53,549 bases of DNA from Thermodesulfobacteriota bacterium (GTDB taxonomy: Bacteria; Desulfobacterota; Desulfobacteria; Desulfobacterales; SURF-7), in NCBI GenBank assembly GCA_049320885.1, contig JBMORA010000056.1, forward strand, positions 1-53,549, written 5' to 3'. Below the pieces are notes generated by a model. That model did not search any database. It was given only the letters and a program-made list of their open reading frames with translations, and was not told where the DNA came from. Position 1 is the first letter of the stretch. Each line of letters begins with the position of its first letter. Positions 10,066-19,573 of the stretch are shown here, one piece after another. A program made the translations under genes and the position numbers.

Positions 10066-10710
10066 TTACGAATGGTTTCTGAAAATACCGGACGTCCTGC
10101 CCGCGCCGGTGAGAATTGCATTCAGGGCGGGTGTATCCTTGCAGAGCCCCCGCAATATCATTCCGAGCCCCTCGCCATAGATTCCGGCGATGGTGCTTCT
10201 CTCCGATTTGACATAGGTTTTGATGAGGAACATGATATAGACGGAAAAAAGAAACTCCGTCGCGTGATCGATATCCACCGCATGGAAGGTTCCTTCTCCG
10301 ACCCCTTGTTCCAGGATGCTTCTCACCAGCTGCATGGCCCCCTGGTTGATCTCGTAAAATCGATCCTCACGGGAGGAGAGGGTGAAAATGCCCGGGTCCT
10401 GGATCAGGATGGCCTGTAAATCCTGCCGGCTTTCGATGTAATCAAAGGAGGTCCTGGCCATGACGACGAATTTCGCAGCAGCATCCTTTTCCCTCTCGAC
10501 GGCGGCAGCCACGGTATCTCGCCATCGGGTCAAGGCAAACGCCACAGCCTTCTCATACAGATCTTTTTTATTGTTTACATAAAAATAGATATTGCTCTTG
10601 GTCATGCCCATGACGGCGGCCACATCCTCCACCGTGGTTTTTTTGAAACCATAATGAGCGAACAGCTTTAAGGCGGCGTCAAATAGCGCCTGTTGTTTGT
10701 TTTCTTTCAT
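10066..10710 (-). CDS. TetR/AcrR family transcriptional regulator
   Basis: N-terminal HTH: AALKLFAHYGFKKTTVEDVAAVMGMTKSNIYFYVNNKKDL. Confidence 0.92.
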   Translation of the reverse strand: MKENKQQALFDAALKLFAHYGFKKTTVEDVAAVMGMTKSNIYFYVNNKKDLYEKAVAFALTRWRDTVAAAVEREKDAAAKFVVMARTSFDYIESRQDLQAILIQDPGIFTLSSREDRFYEINQGAMQLVRSILEQGVGEGTFHAVDIDHATEFLFSVYIMFLIKTYVKSERSTIAGIYGEGLGMILRGLCKDTPALNAILTGAGRTSGIFRNHS

Positions 10711-10987
10711 CGCAAAATTTGAATTTTTGACTTTTTTTGTTTTTTATTCAATTTTTCACATATTGTCGGTTTTGTCAACCGTAGGAAAACGGCCAGCCGA
10801 TGCAATCTCCAAAAGGGGGGAATTGGTTTTCAAGATAAGGTGGGCTTTATCATGCCCCCCATACCCGCCCCAAAACAGGCTCTGCGGGAAGCCGCCCGGG
10901 CGGCGGTCAATCAGGTCATTGCCCGGGAAGTTCTTGAGACCCACGACGGGGCGCTAACCGGCAAGATCACCGGCCGGAAGAAATGAC

Positions 10988-11028
10988 AAAGCCCAAACAA
11001 AATGGATAATTCCTTTTGTTCGGGCTTT
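10988..11028 (-). terminator. Intrinsic terminator-like hairpin downstream of the lipoprotein gene
   Basis: Minus strand AAAGCCCGAACAAAA-GGAATTATCCA-TTTTGTTTGGGCTTT: long inverted repeat about 55 nt after the stop codon. Confidence 0.6.
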
Positions 11029-11084
11029 ATCGTTCAATGCGTCAATCCGATCCGGCGCTGGATTTCCAGATCATTGCGGCCAGC

Positions 11085-12482
11085 TCATTTTTTCCCTTTC
11101 CCGGGTTTCTTCCCGCGATTCCTGGTGCCATCAGCAACCGGATCATCGTCCTGGCCTTGACCACAATCTCCGATGGAATCTCCATGTTTCAAATGGGCCT
11201 GGAGCGCGGATGTGGATATGGTGATCGGCCTTCCTTTATGGCAAATGGTGATTTTTTTCTTGTCGGTAGCTGTTGAATCGTCGTCCTCTTCTTCTGAATT
11301 TCCGAACAAGATGTCAAACCGAACGGCGGCTCCTTCCAGAATCTCAAAGACCTCGTTGGCTTCCATGGTCATTTCCTCGCCATTTACGGTGAAAACGGCC
11401 ACCATCGAATATGTGCCTGCCGGAAGGTCGAACCAGTAATTTCCACCAGTTGCGATGGTCGCAGAGGCGACCTCAACGATGGTTCCCGCGGCTGTCTTTT
11501 CCTGGATGTTGATCCTGACGGCCTGATCCTCTGTTCCGTTCTCGATATCGACTTTTCCGTAAATCGTACCGATTCCCTGGGAAGGTTCCAGCAAAAAATC
11601 CTGCCCAGCCGTCACGCCCGCATTGACGACAACTTCCGCCACAGCGGTTTTGAACCCCGGCATGATTGCCACCACCGAATAGGTTCCAGGGGCGGTCAGC
11701 AGCGTATATGCGCCGGATTCATCGGTTATCGTGGAAGCGGTAACGATTTCTGTGGAAACGTCTTCGGTTTTTATTTGGGCGCTGACAATCGCCCCTGCCA
11801 ACGGGACATCGTCCAGCTCTCCAAAATAATACACCCTACCGGTTATTGAGGAGGAATCGGCCTGGTCCACCACGTTGACCGTCGGTTTCAAAAGCCATTT
11901 GCCGCTGCTGCCTGCTTGCACGATCGATTTAACGACATTGAAATCCAGCACCAGATCGGTTGTCTGATCCTGTTCGATGGTAAAACCACCGATGATTTTG
12001 AATCCAGATTGAAAACCGCTGGGGATGGTCAACTCGAGGTATTGATAACCGCCCTGATGGTCCCCCTGAATAATATAATTCGCATAGGGATGGAATTCTT
12101 GTTTGATGTTCAATGAGCTGTCCGGAAGATCACCTGACACCAGACGGATTTGATCGTATCGGCCGACCTCCAAGTCCACCAAGCCGAGGTTTTGAATCAA
12201 GCCATTAACCAGCTCCAACAGGTTATACGTGGCATTGGGCTCGGAAACGACCTCCCAATTTTGGTCATCCCCTTCATTTTCAGAGGCTTTTAATACCTGG
12301 ACTTTATTGATGGTAATATATACGGCTTGATAATCCGCCGTGGTTGCATCGGTTATTCCCAATGACAGTCTGCCCGATTGAGCAGTCCCGCCAGTAGCAG
12401 TCTCACCCCCGCCGCCGCAGGCGGTTATGAAGACCATGCAACAAATGGACAGCAATGTAATCTTGCGAATATTTCTTTTCAT
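11085..12482 (-). CDS. Lipoprotein with DUF4382-like domain, carboxypeptidase-regulatory-like beta-sandwich domains and a C-terminal His/Cys mini-domain
   Basis: ATG 12482 with GGAGG; lipobox FITA-C-GGGG; LSLGITDA, YDQIRL, LVLDFN..KSIV, LLKP; TTDESGAYTL-like motif. Confidence 0.8.
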   Translation of the reverse strand: MKRNIRKITLLSICCMVFITACGGGGETATGGTAQSGRLSLGITDATTADYQAVYITINKVQVLKASENEGDDQNWEVVSEPNATYNLLELVNGLIQNLGLVDLEVGRYDQIRLVSGDLPDSSLNIKQEFHPYANYIIQGDHQGGYQYLELTIPSGFQSGFKIIGGFTIEQDQTTDLVLDFNVVKSIVQAGSSGKWLLKPTVNVVDQADSSSITGRVYYFGELDDVPLAGAIVSAQIKTEDVSTEIVTASTITDESGAYTLLTAPGTYSVVAIMPGFKTAVAEVVVNAGVTAGQDFLLEPSQGIGTIYGKVDIENGTEDQAVRINIQEKTAAGTIVEVASATIATGGNYWFDLPAGTYSMVAVFTVNGEEMTMEANEVFEILEGAAVRFDILFGNSEEEDDDSTATDKKKITICHKGRPITISTSALQAHLKHGDSIGDCGQGQDDDPVADGTRNRGKKPGKGKK

Positions 12483-12543
12483 TTTTCCTCCCTGTTTGGC
12501 CAACGGAATGACATCATTTACTCCATGCGACGGCAAAACAAGA

Positions 12544-12559
12544 AGCAACGCTTATACCA
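12544..12559 (-). promoter_or_regulatory. Putative sigma54 (-24/-12) promoter of the lipoprotein gene
   Basis: Minus strand TGGTATAAGCGTTGCT fits GG-N10-GC with TTGC; an AT-rich tract lies upstream. Confidence 0.6.
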
Positions 12560-12831
12560 ATCTAACAAACACAGTAACAATTTTAATTCATTATGTAAGT
12601 GAATGACCGCCACCCAACGGGTGTATCGTAATTGTCAACACGATAATATGGTTTTGTATACACCGATAACCGGCGGTATGTGCGACCGATGGGGGATAAA
12701 CACATGAGAGCGCCTTGGAATCCAGGAAATGCCATGATTTCTCACCCGACCGCCAGGTTCAGACAGGCAGCATTTCCCGTATTCGGACGAATGTCCGGCC
12801 ACGGGTTTCCGTTTATGGAACGCCGGCTCTT

Positions 12832-15800
12832 CTACGCCCCATTCTCCCGCCGCCCCGTGACCCGGTTGCGGCCCAAGGACTTGGAACGATAGAGGGCCTC
12901 GTCCGCCCGCTGGATCAGGCCGGTCTTGTCGGCAGCATCCAGCGGGTACACCGCCACCCCCAGACTGACGGTGACCCGCAGGCGCTCATCCGTCCGCAGG
13001 GGATGCGGAATTTCCAGTTCCTCCACGGTTCTGCGGAGCTTTTCCCCCAGGGTGAAGGCTGTCTGAACGTCGGTTTCGCGTAATATGACCGCGATCTCCT
13101 CACCGCCGTACCGGGCGATGATGTCCGATTTCCGGCAGACCATGCCGATGGACAGGGAAACCTGCTGCAGGACGGCGTCCCCCGCAAGATGCCCCCAATT
13201 GTCATTGAATCGCTTGAAATGGTCGATGTCGATCATCAAGAGAGCCAGCTGCCGGTTCTGGCGTTGGGACAGGAGCAGCTCCTGCTGGAGCACGTTCTGG
13301 AAATATTCATGATTGTACAGGCCGGTGAGACCGTCTTTCACCGCCTTGCGGGAAAGCTCCAGACGGCCGGCGGCGGACAGACAGATGATTTCCAGCATCT
13401 CGACGATGTCGCTGGTGAAGGCGTGGGTGGCCCGGTTGTTTTCGAGATAAACCAGCCCGAGCAGTTCTTTTTCCGCGCCACCGGTCACCAGAAGGGGCAG
13501 ACAGAGAAGCGATTTAACGCCGGTGCGCTGGATATACGGATCCGATGCCAGATGAAGCAACTGCCTGGGGGGTTCCATGACGTTCTGGACGACGATGTTG
13601 TCGCTGGTCCGACGGACGTAGTTGACCACCGCCTGGGATATCCCGGGAAACGATTCCATGGGGATCGACTGCAGGATCGAAATTTCCTCCCGGTCCACGG
13701 AGCCCTCCCCTTCGACAAACAGTTCCCGGGTTTCGTTCCGCAGGACCAGGATGCCTTTCTGGGCGCCGGCGATCTGGATGGAAGTCCGGATGGTCTTCTC
13801 CACCATCCGGCTGTGAATGGTTTCCTCCGCGAGGGTCTTCAGTGCCCCCCGCAGGGTTTTCAGGTCAATGGTGGACAGGATCACAGCCCGGCGGTCGCCC
13901 TCCTCTCCGGACTCCCGGGACGCCGCTTCCGCCAGCAGATGAGGGTGGCGTTTTTCCAACAGCCGGATCTTGGCTGCAGCCCCCCAGCGTTGATAATTGC
14001 TGCGCGCCTCGAAAATCAAGGGTCTGGCCTGCCTGTCCAGTCCCATGGCCAGGTAATAACCGGCGGCGCGTTCGGCGGCCAGGGCCGCATCCTGAACGAA
14101 ACCGTTCTCCCTGGCGCTTGAGACGGCCCGATCGTAATCCTGCATGGCTTTTCGCGTGCGTCCATGCAACCGGGCCATTTCCGCGTCCAGGAGCAACTCC
14201 TTGTGCCGGAAATTCCAGGGACAAAACCGCGCCCAGCGCTTCAATCTCCTTCTGCAGAACACGGCTCGTCTCAGCAATCCCGCTTTTCCGCCGCTCCCGG
14301 TGCGCCCGAGAAGTTCCAGGGCGATCAATCCCATGTAAAACGCATGATCCGCCGTGACGATCATGCCCAGTGAATACGGGAGCCACTTTTCGGATTCCAG
14401 GGCGGATTGAAACGCTTGATCATACTCCTCCGCAAGAACATGGAGTTGCATTTTCAGGATATGATGCCGGCCGAGGATGATGGGAATCCCGTCGCTTTCC
14501 ATGTCGCGGAGATGATCTGACTCAACAAAGGACTCGTCGTCCATGCGGAACGGAGCGGACGTCTCGTCCCGCAGGCTCTTGGCGAACTGCAGGATCGACC
14601 TCAACGAATTCAATGCTCCGGGATCTTTTGTCCGGGTGATGAAATCCAGCCGGCGCCGGCATTCGTCCATCAGCTCCCCCAGGGGCGCGCCCCGGCAGGT
14701 CATCAGAATCGCAATGGATTGCACGGCGTATATGGCGCTGTTCAGATCGCCGTTTTCCAAGGCTTTGTCCAGGGCTTTGCGCGTCAGGGCTAAAGCCTCG
14801 ATCAACGGCCGGTTCCATACGGCGATGCCGCCGCCCACGATCAGCGGGATCTTGGCCTCGATTTCCGCAAGGCCAAGTCGCTCATGAAGGCGTTCCGCCA
14901 GACGGCCGAATCGCGCCCCCCGGGCGTAATCGCCGAATCCCGCTCCAATGGTGACCCCATAGACGGCATAGGCATAGGGGGATATGGATGAGTTGCCGTG
15001 CCGCAGGGAAAGTTCCATCATCTTCAGGGCCATGAGAATGCCGTAGTCCGTGCTGACGAAATAGGCCGACATGGTCAGGTTCATCAGAATTTTCATGGCC
15101 AGAAACACGGCGGTGTCGGTCATGGCCGGCAAATCCAGCAGCTCCGAAGGCCTGCGCCCGCTCATGGCCCGGCGGATCCGCACCACATGCCAGAGAACGG
15201 CCCGCTTGCTTCCTTTTTTCGGCAAGTTCACGCCCAGCAGTCTCAGGCCCTGCCGCCCGGCCTCCAATGCTTCCTGAAAACGCGTCAGGTTGGCGAGCAT
15301 CTGGAGTTTCAGGTTGTATACCTCGGCCCGCTCCCTGGCCGATGCGGCCTTTGCCAGCGTGAGATCGAATATCCGTTCCGCGGTCTCGAAACGGTGGCAC
15401 AAGTGCTCGCATACGGCCAGTTCCAGATGGACCGCCAGGCATTTTTCGTATTCCGCTTCCCAGGGATGGGCCGGCAGCAATCCGATGGCCGTGTTGAAAA
15501 AAACCGCCGCTCGGCTGTATGCCGCGGAGCTTTTGGCCTTTCGTCCGGCCTCGAAGTTCAGATCCCTCAACAACGCTTTTTCACCGGGTTCATGGATGAA
15601 GGCAAGGCCCTGATTAAGCTTGTTCACCGCGTAAAACAATCCCCCCCGGTCTCCCCGGGTTTCCATGCGGTGGAGGCTCCGTCGGCCGATGCGATAGTCG
15701 AGCAGGGGACGCTCCGTTTCCGGGATCCTTTCGTAGGCGGCTTCCTGAATCCGGTCATGGGTAAAATGGCAGGAATCCTCTGTGCATTCGATCAGGCCTT

Positions 15801-17757
15801 CCGCAATCGCCGGTTGCAGCCGGGTCAACGTCTCGTTCATGGTCACACCCCCGACGGCGGCCGCGACCTCGAGGTCGAAGCTTACGCCCACGCAGGCGCA
15901 GATTTTCAGTGATTCCCGGGTGTCCGCCGGCAGGGCTGCCAAACGCTCCGATAGCAAAACGGCAACATTTTCGGACAGTTCCTGAAGCCGGATGGCGCGG
16001 ATATCCCACTGCCATCCCGATTGCGGGGAAAAGGTCAGCAGACGATTTTCATGCAGGGCGCTCATGAACTGGTTGACAAAAAATGGGTTGCCGCCGGTTT
16101 TGGCGTGAATCAGTTCGGCCAGGGATCGGGATCGTTCCGGTTTGCAACAGAGAATGTCGGCGATGTGTACGCCGACATCCGTGAGATCCATGGGCCGCAT
16201 ATGCAGACGGGTAACCCGGCGGGTGATCCGCCGCACTTCCGCCGGAAGACCCGCGATGGCATCATCCTCCCCGGCCGGGGACTCACGCCAGGCTCCCACC
16301 CACAGCACGCGGCCGTTCTCCTGGTCGTTGACGATCCGCCGCAGGAACCGCAGGGTCTCCTCGTCGGTCCACTGCAAGTCGTCCGTGAACACCACCAGCG
16401 GGCCGGCGGTCGCGGCGAACACGCGGATGAAATTTTTCCACACGTGGTCGAACCGGTTGCGCTCCTCCTCGATGCCCAGGGTTTGGAGCTCGGGTTGTTT
16501 ACCGATGATCAGCTCCAGTTCCGGAAGCGCGTCGGTAACGATTCGGCCGCTGGGTTTCAGGGCCGCCGTAAGGTGTTGCTGCAATTCCCGGATCGACCCG
16601 GGACTTTCCGCCAGCACCTGACGGACCAGATCCCGCAATGCCTGATGGAGCGAGGCATACGGCTCCTGGGAGCAAAACTGGTCGTGTTTCCCGGCAATGA
16701 AATACACCCCTCCCGGCAGGCTGCGATTCCGGAATTCCCGGATCAAGGCGGATTTGCCGATCCCCGCCGGGCCGCTCACCAGCACGAATTCGTTTTCGCC
16801 CGCCGCGACCCGTTCAAACGCCTGCCGAAGTATCTCCACCTCCGCGCTTCTTCCCACCATGTTGCTCGGGATACGGAAACGGGAGGAAAAATCCTTTTGA
16901 CCCAGCGCGAAGGCGTCAACGAAGCCCTGCCGTTTCAACCGCTCCAGGCATTCCCACAGATCGTGCATCAACCCGAATCCGTTGCGGTAGCGTTCCTCCG
17001 GAATCTTGGCCAGCAGCTTCATGATGATGTCCGACAACACCTCCGGAACATCCGGGTTGTAAATCGCCGGCGAAGGCGGCGAGGCTGCCATGTGCGCATG
17101 GATCAGGGACGCCGGATCCGCCGGAGCGAAGGGTTTTCTGCCGGTCAGCATTTCGTAAAGGACCACACCCAGGGAATAGAAATCCGTCCCCTCCCCCACG
17201 GGCTGTTGCATCCGCCCGGTCTGTTCGGGAGACATATACGCAAGCGTGTCCCGGATGAATTCCGGATGACAACCGTCCACGGCACTGGCGAACAATTCCG
17301 CCTCGATACCAAACCCGATGAATTGCGCGGAATTGGTATCCGGGTCCACCAGGATATTTTGCGGTCGGATGCCTTTATGGACGATTCCGGCCTGGTGAAG
17401 ACAACCGACGGCTTCGGCCAGCTGAACGGCTGTTGCCAGAAAGGCGGACACACCGAAAGACGCAACGCCGCCGTCTTCTCCCTGCAGACAGTGCCCCGGA
17501 AAATCTTTGAAAATAACGGCAATGACTTCTTCTTCCGTCAGCACATCGATGACGTCCGGGAGACCGCCGGCTTTCAGGGATCGGATGATATCGTATTCAT
17601 GGCGGAATCGATCCAGGGAAACCGGTGAAGGCTCCGCCGTTTTGAAAACCTTGACCAGGCAGACGGAACCGCTCTCCGGCCGACGGCTCCGATAGAGCGT
17701 GGCTTCATGACTTTCGCAAATGATTTCCTGCGGTGGGTATTCCGAAACCTCGACCAT
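12832..17757 (-). CDS. Kinase-like domain - AAA/STAND ATPase - helical region - GAF - GGDEF diguanylate cyclase
   Basis: YMSPEQTGR and DFYSLG kinase subdomains; Walker A GPAGIGKS and Walker B VFTDDLQW; GGNPFF; GAF (SLLCLPL..GLVYLEN); DGLTGLYN, DIDHFKRFND, RKSD I-site, RYGGEEI. Confidence 0.92.
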   Translation of the reverse strand: MVEVSEYPPQEIICESHEATLYRSRRPESGSVCLVKVFKTAEPSPVSLDRFRHEYDIIRSLKAGGLPDVIDVLTEEEVIAVIFKDFPGHCLQGEDGGVASFGVSAFLATAVQLAEAVGCLHQAGIVHKGIRPQNILVDPDTNSAQFIGFGIEAELFASAVDGCHPEFIRDTLAYMSPEQTGRMQQPVGEGTDFYSLGVVLYEMLTGRKPFAPADPASLIHAHMAASPPSPAIYNPDVPEVLSDIIMKLLAKIPEERYRNGFGLMHDLWECLERLKRQGFVDAFALGQKDFSSRFRIPSNMVGRSAEVEILRQAFERVAAGENEFVLVSGPAGIGKSALIREFRNRSLPGGVYFIAGKHDQFCSQEPYASLHQALRDLVRQVLAESPGSIRELQQHLTAALKPSGRIVTDALPELELIIGKQPELQTLGIEEERNRFDHVWKNFIRVFAATAGPLVVFTDDLQWTDEETLRFLRRIVNDQENGRVLWVGAWRESPAGEDDAIAGLPAEVRRITRRVTRLHMRPMDLTDVGVHIADILCCKPERSRSLAELIHAKTGGNPFFVNQFMSALHENRLLTFSPQSGWQWDIRAIRLQELSENVAVLLSERLAALPADTRESLKICACVGVSFDLEVAAAVGGVTMNETLTRLQPAIAEGLIECTEDSCHFTHDRIQEAAYERIPETERPLLDYRIGRRSLHRMETRGDRGGLFYAVNKLNQGLAFIHEPGEKALLRDLNFEAGRKAKSSAAYSRAAVFFNTAIGLLPAHPWEAEYEKCLAVHLELAVCEHLCHRFETAERIFDLTLAKAASARERAEVYNLKLQMLANLTRFQEALEAGRQGLRLLGVNLPKKGSKRAVLWHVVRIRRAMSGRRPSELLDLPAMTDTAVFLAMKILMNLTMSAYFVSTDYGILMALKMMELSLRHGNSSISPYAYAVYGVTIGAGFGDYARGARFGRLAERLHERLGLAEIEAKIPLIVGGGIAVWNRPLIEALALTRKALDKALENGDLNSAIYAVQSIAILMTCRGAPLGELMDECRRRLDFITRTKDPGALNSLRSILQFAKSLRDETSAPFRMDDESFVESDHLRDMESDGIPIILGRHHILKMQLHVLAEEYDQAFQSALESEKWLPYSLGMIVTADHAFYMGLIALELLGRTGSGGKAGLLRRAVFCRRRLKRWARFCPWNFRHKELLLDAEMARLHGRTRKAMQDYDRAVSSARENGFVQDAALAAERAAGYYLAMGLDRQARPLIFEARSNYQRWGAAAKIRLLEKRHPHLLAEAASRESGEEGDRRAVILSTIDLKTLRGALKTLAEETIHSRMVEKTIRTSIQIAGAQKGILVLRNETRELFVEGEGSVDREEISILQSIPMESFPGISQAVVNYVRRTSDNIVVQNVMEPPRQLLHLASDPYIQRTGVKSLLCLPLLVTGGAEKELLGLVYLENNRATHAFTSDIVEMLEIICLSAAGRLELSRKAVKDGLTGLYNHEYFQNVLQQELLLSQRQNRQLALLMIDIDHFKRFNDNWGHLAGDAVLQQVSLSIGMVCRKSDIIARYGGEEIAVILRETDVQTAFTLGEKLRRTVEELEIPHPLRTDERLRVTVSLGVAVYPLDAADKTGLIQRADEALYRSKSLGRNRVTGRRENGA

Positions 17758-17811
17758 CCGTTTGTCGTCACCTATTTCCGTGGAAGCCGTTTACAACCGG
17801 ATTGAAGATCG

Positions 17812-19272
17812 CTAAAGGGAATGCGCACATTCGGCCATGATCTCTTTGACCTTTTCACTGACGGACCGAATGGTATCGGCATCCAGCTTGAGGCGTTTGG
17901 CGGCGTCCGATTCCGCCGCTTCGCCGAACTCCTTCCGGACCCCGTAGCCGATTTCGCAGGCGATCCGGTTGGCGAGATACACCACCATCGTCGACCGGAA
18001 GGAGGTATCGAAGTACCGGGGGCCTTCATGGGAAGTGGCGACATCGAAAAACTCCTTGGGAAATTTCCAGTGCCGCAGCACCACCCCGCCCAGGCTGTTA
18101 TGGGCGATCTGGTTGATGCGGTCCACCTGAGCCCGGTCCAGTTGTTTCCGCCAGTCCGGATTGTCGCTGATCACTTTCAGAATCAAGGCTTTGCCGATAT
18201 CGTGCACCATGCCCATCAAAAAATATTTTTCCGGTTCCGATAATCCCAGATGCTCGGCAATACTTCTAGCCCCATAGGCACAGGCCAGGGAATGGAGCCA
18301 GACCTCCTCCATCAGGGTGATATATTCCCGGCTGTTGGATTGGAACAGGTTTTTGCTGACGATCATGGAGACCTCGTTCCGGGTTTCCTTCAACCCGATC
18401 CGGTGAATGGCCTCGCGGATGGTGCGCACCTTCTGCTGCCCGGCGTGGATAGGGGAATTGGCCGCGGCGATCAGGCGGATGGATACGATGGCGTCTTTTT
18501 TAATGATATCGGCCAGATCGTCGATGGTGGCGTTCGGGTTGTCCACGGAATCCTGGATTTCCCGGATGATATTGGGCAGCACCGGCAGGGCGATTTTACC
18601 CCGTTTGAACTGTTCCAGAATCTCTCTGGCGACTTCCTCGGGTTTGAGGGTTGCTTCGGACGCCTGTTCCGGCCGGGAAGCGCCCAACTGGTGGTTCATG
18701 AACCGCAGGAAGGCGTCCACCAGGGCTCCGTCGAACCGTCGGCCCTTGTTCTGACCCAGTTCGTTCAGCACCAGGGACATGTTTTTCGCCGGGCGATAGG
18801 GCCGGGGGGTGGCCATGACGAAATAGCTTTCCACTATGAGCAGGAGCCTCGCCCCCAGGGGAATCCGGTCGCCGGTCAGTCCTTCCGGATACCCGCTGCC
18901 GTCGAAAAACTCATGATGATGGCGAATGATGGGCAGAGCCGGCTGCATCGTGCTCAGGTTGGCGAGGACCCGGGCCGACATGACCGGATGTTGTTGCACG
19001 ATGCGCAATTCGTCCGCCGACAAGGTTCCGCTTTTATGAAGGATATCTGCGGGAACATAGACCATGCCGATATCGTGGAGCAGCGCCGCATATTGAAGGG
19101 CCTCGATTTCTCTCTCCGGCAAACCGATCTTCCCGGCGAATTTGACACAGAGGGCCGCCATGCGTTTGTAATGCCCCCGGAAATACATATCCGTGCCTTC
19201 CACCACGGCCAGCAGGGTCTGAATGATCTCCGCCAATAATGGCTCGGGTTTGGATTCTCTGTTCAGTTGCAT
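17812..19272 (-). CDS. HD-GYP domain fused to an HDOD domain
   Basis: LLHDIG, HHEFFDGSGYP, RPYR; then LPVLP..I, ANSP, HSLACA, GMVHDIGK, HWKFP. Start uncertain (ATG 19272 chosen). Confidence 0.85.
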   Translation of the reverse strand: MQLNRESKPEPLLAEIIQTLLAVVEGTDMYFRGHYKRMAALCVKFAGKIGLPEREIEALQYAALLHDIGMVYVPADILHKSGTLSADELRIVQQHPVMSARVLANLSTMQPALPIIRHHHEFFDGSGYPEGLTGDRIPLGARLLLIVESYFVMATPRPYRPAKNMSLVLNELGQNKGRRFDGALVDAFLRFMNHQLGASRPEQASEATLKPEEVAREILEQFKRGKIALPVLPNIIREIQDSVDNPNATIDDLADIIKKDAIVSIRLIAAANSPIHAGQQKVRTIREAIHRIGLKETRNEVSMIVSKNLFQSNSREYITLMEEVWLHSLACAYGARSIAEHLGLSEPEKYFLMGMVHDIGKALILKVISDNPDWRKQLDRAQVDRINQIAHNSLGGVVLRHWKFPKEFFDVATSHEGPRYFDTSFRSTMVVYLANRIACEIGYGVRKEFGEAAESDAAKRLKLDADTIRSVSEKVKEIMAECAHSL

Positions 19273-19573
19273 GGCTGCGGCTTCCGGTTGATCGATTGCT
19301 GCTGCGAAGGGCGTTTGACTGTCATTTCCATCTGAAAATACTATAACAAATCGCGGCCGAACCTGTCCATCATTTAATGGGATTCGGAATCCCCGGTTAA
19401 TCCGGGCAGAAGCCCGACGTGGGTTCCGGCGCTGTTTTCCCGGAATCCGCAACCCGGAAACGGCCGTGTTTTGCCGTTTGTCTTTTCAGAGCCGTTGGGA
19501 TATAAAGGATTCACCGGACCGGTCGTATCCGTTTCCTGTCCGATCCAACCCCCCATCACAGGATGATCGCGCC

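Noticed and set aside
10891..10904. 14-bp palindrome GCCGCCCGGGCGGC
   Set aside because: Single all-GC palindrome with no supporting context; may be chance.
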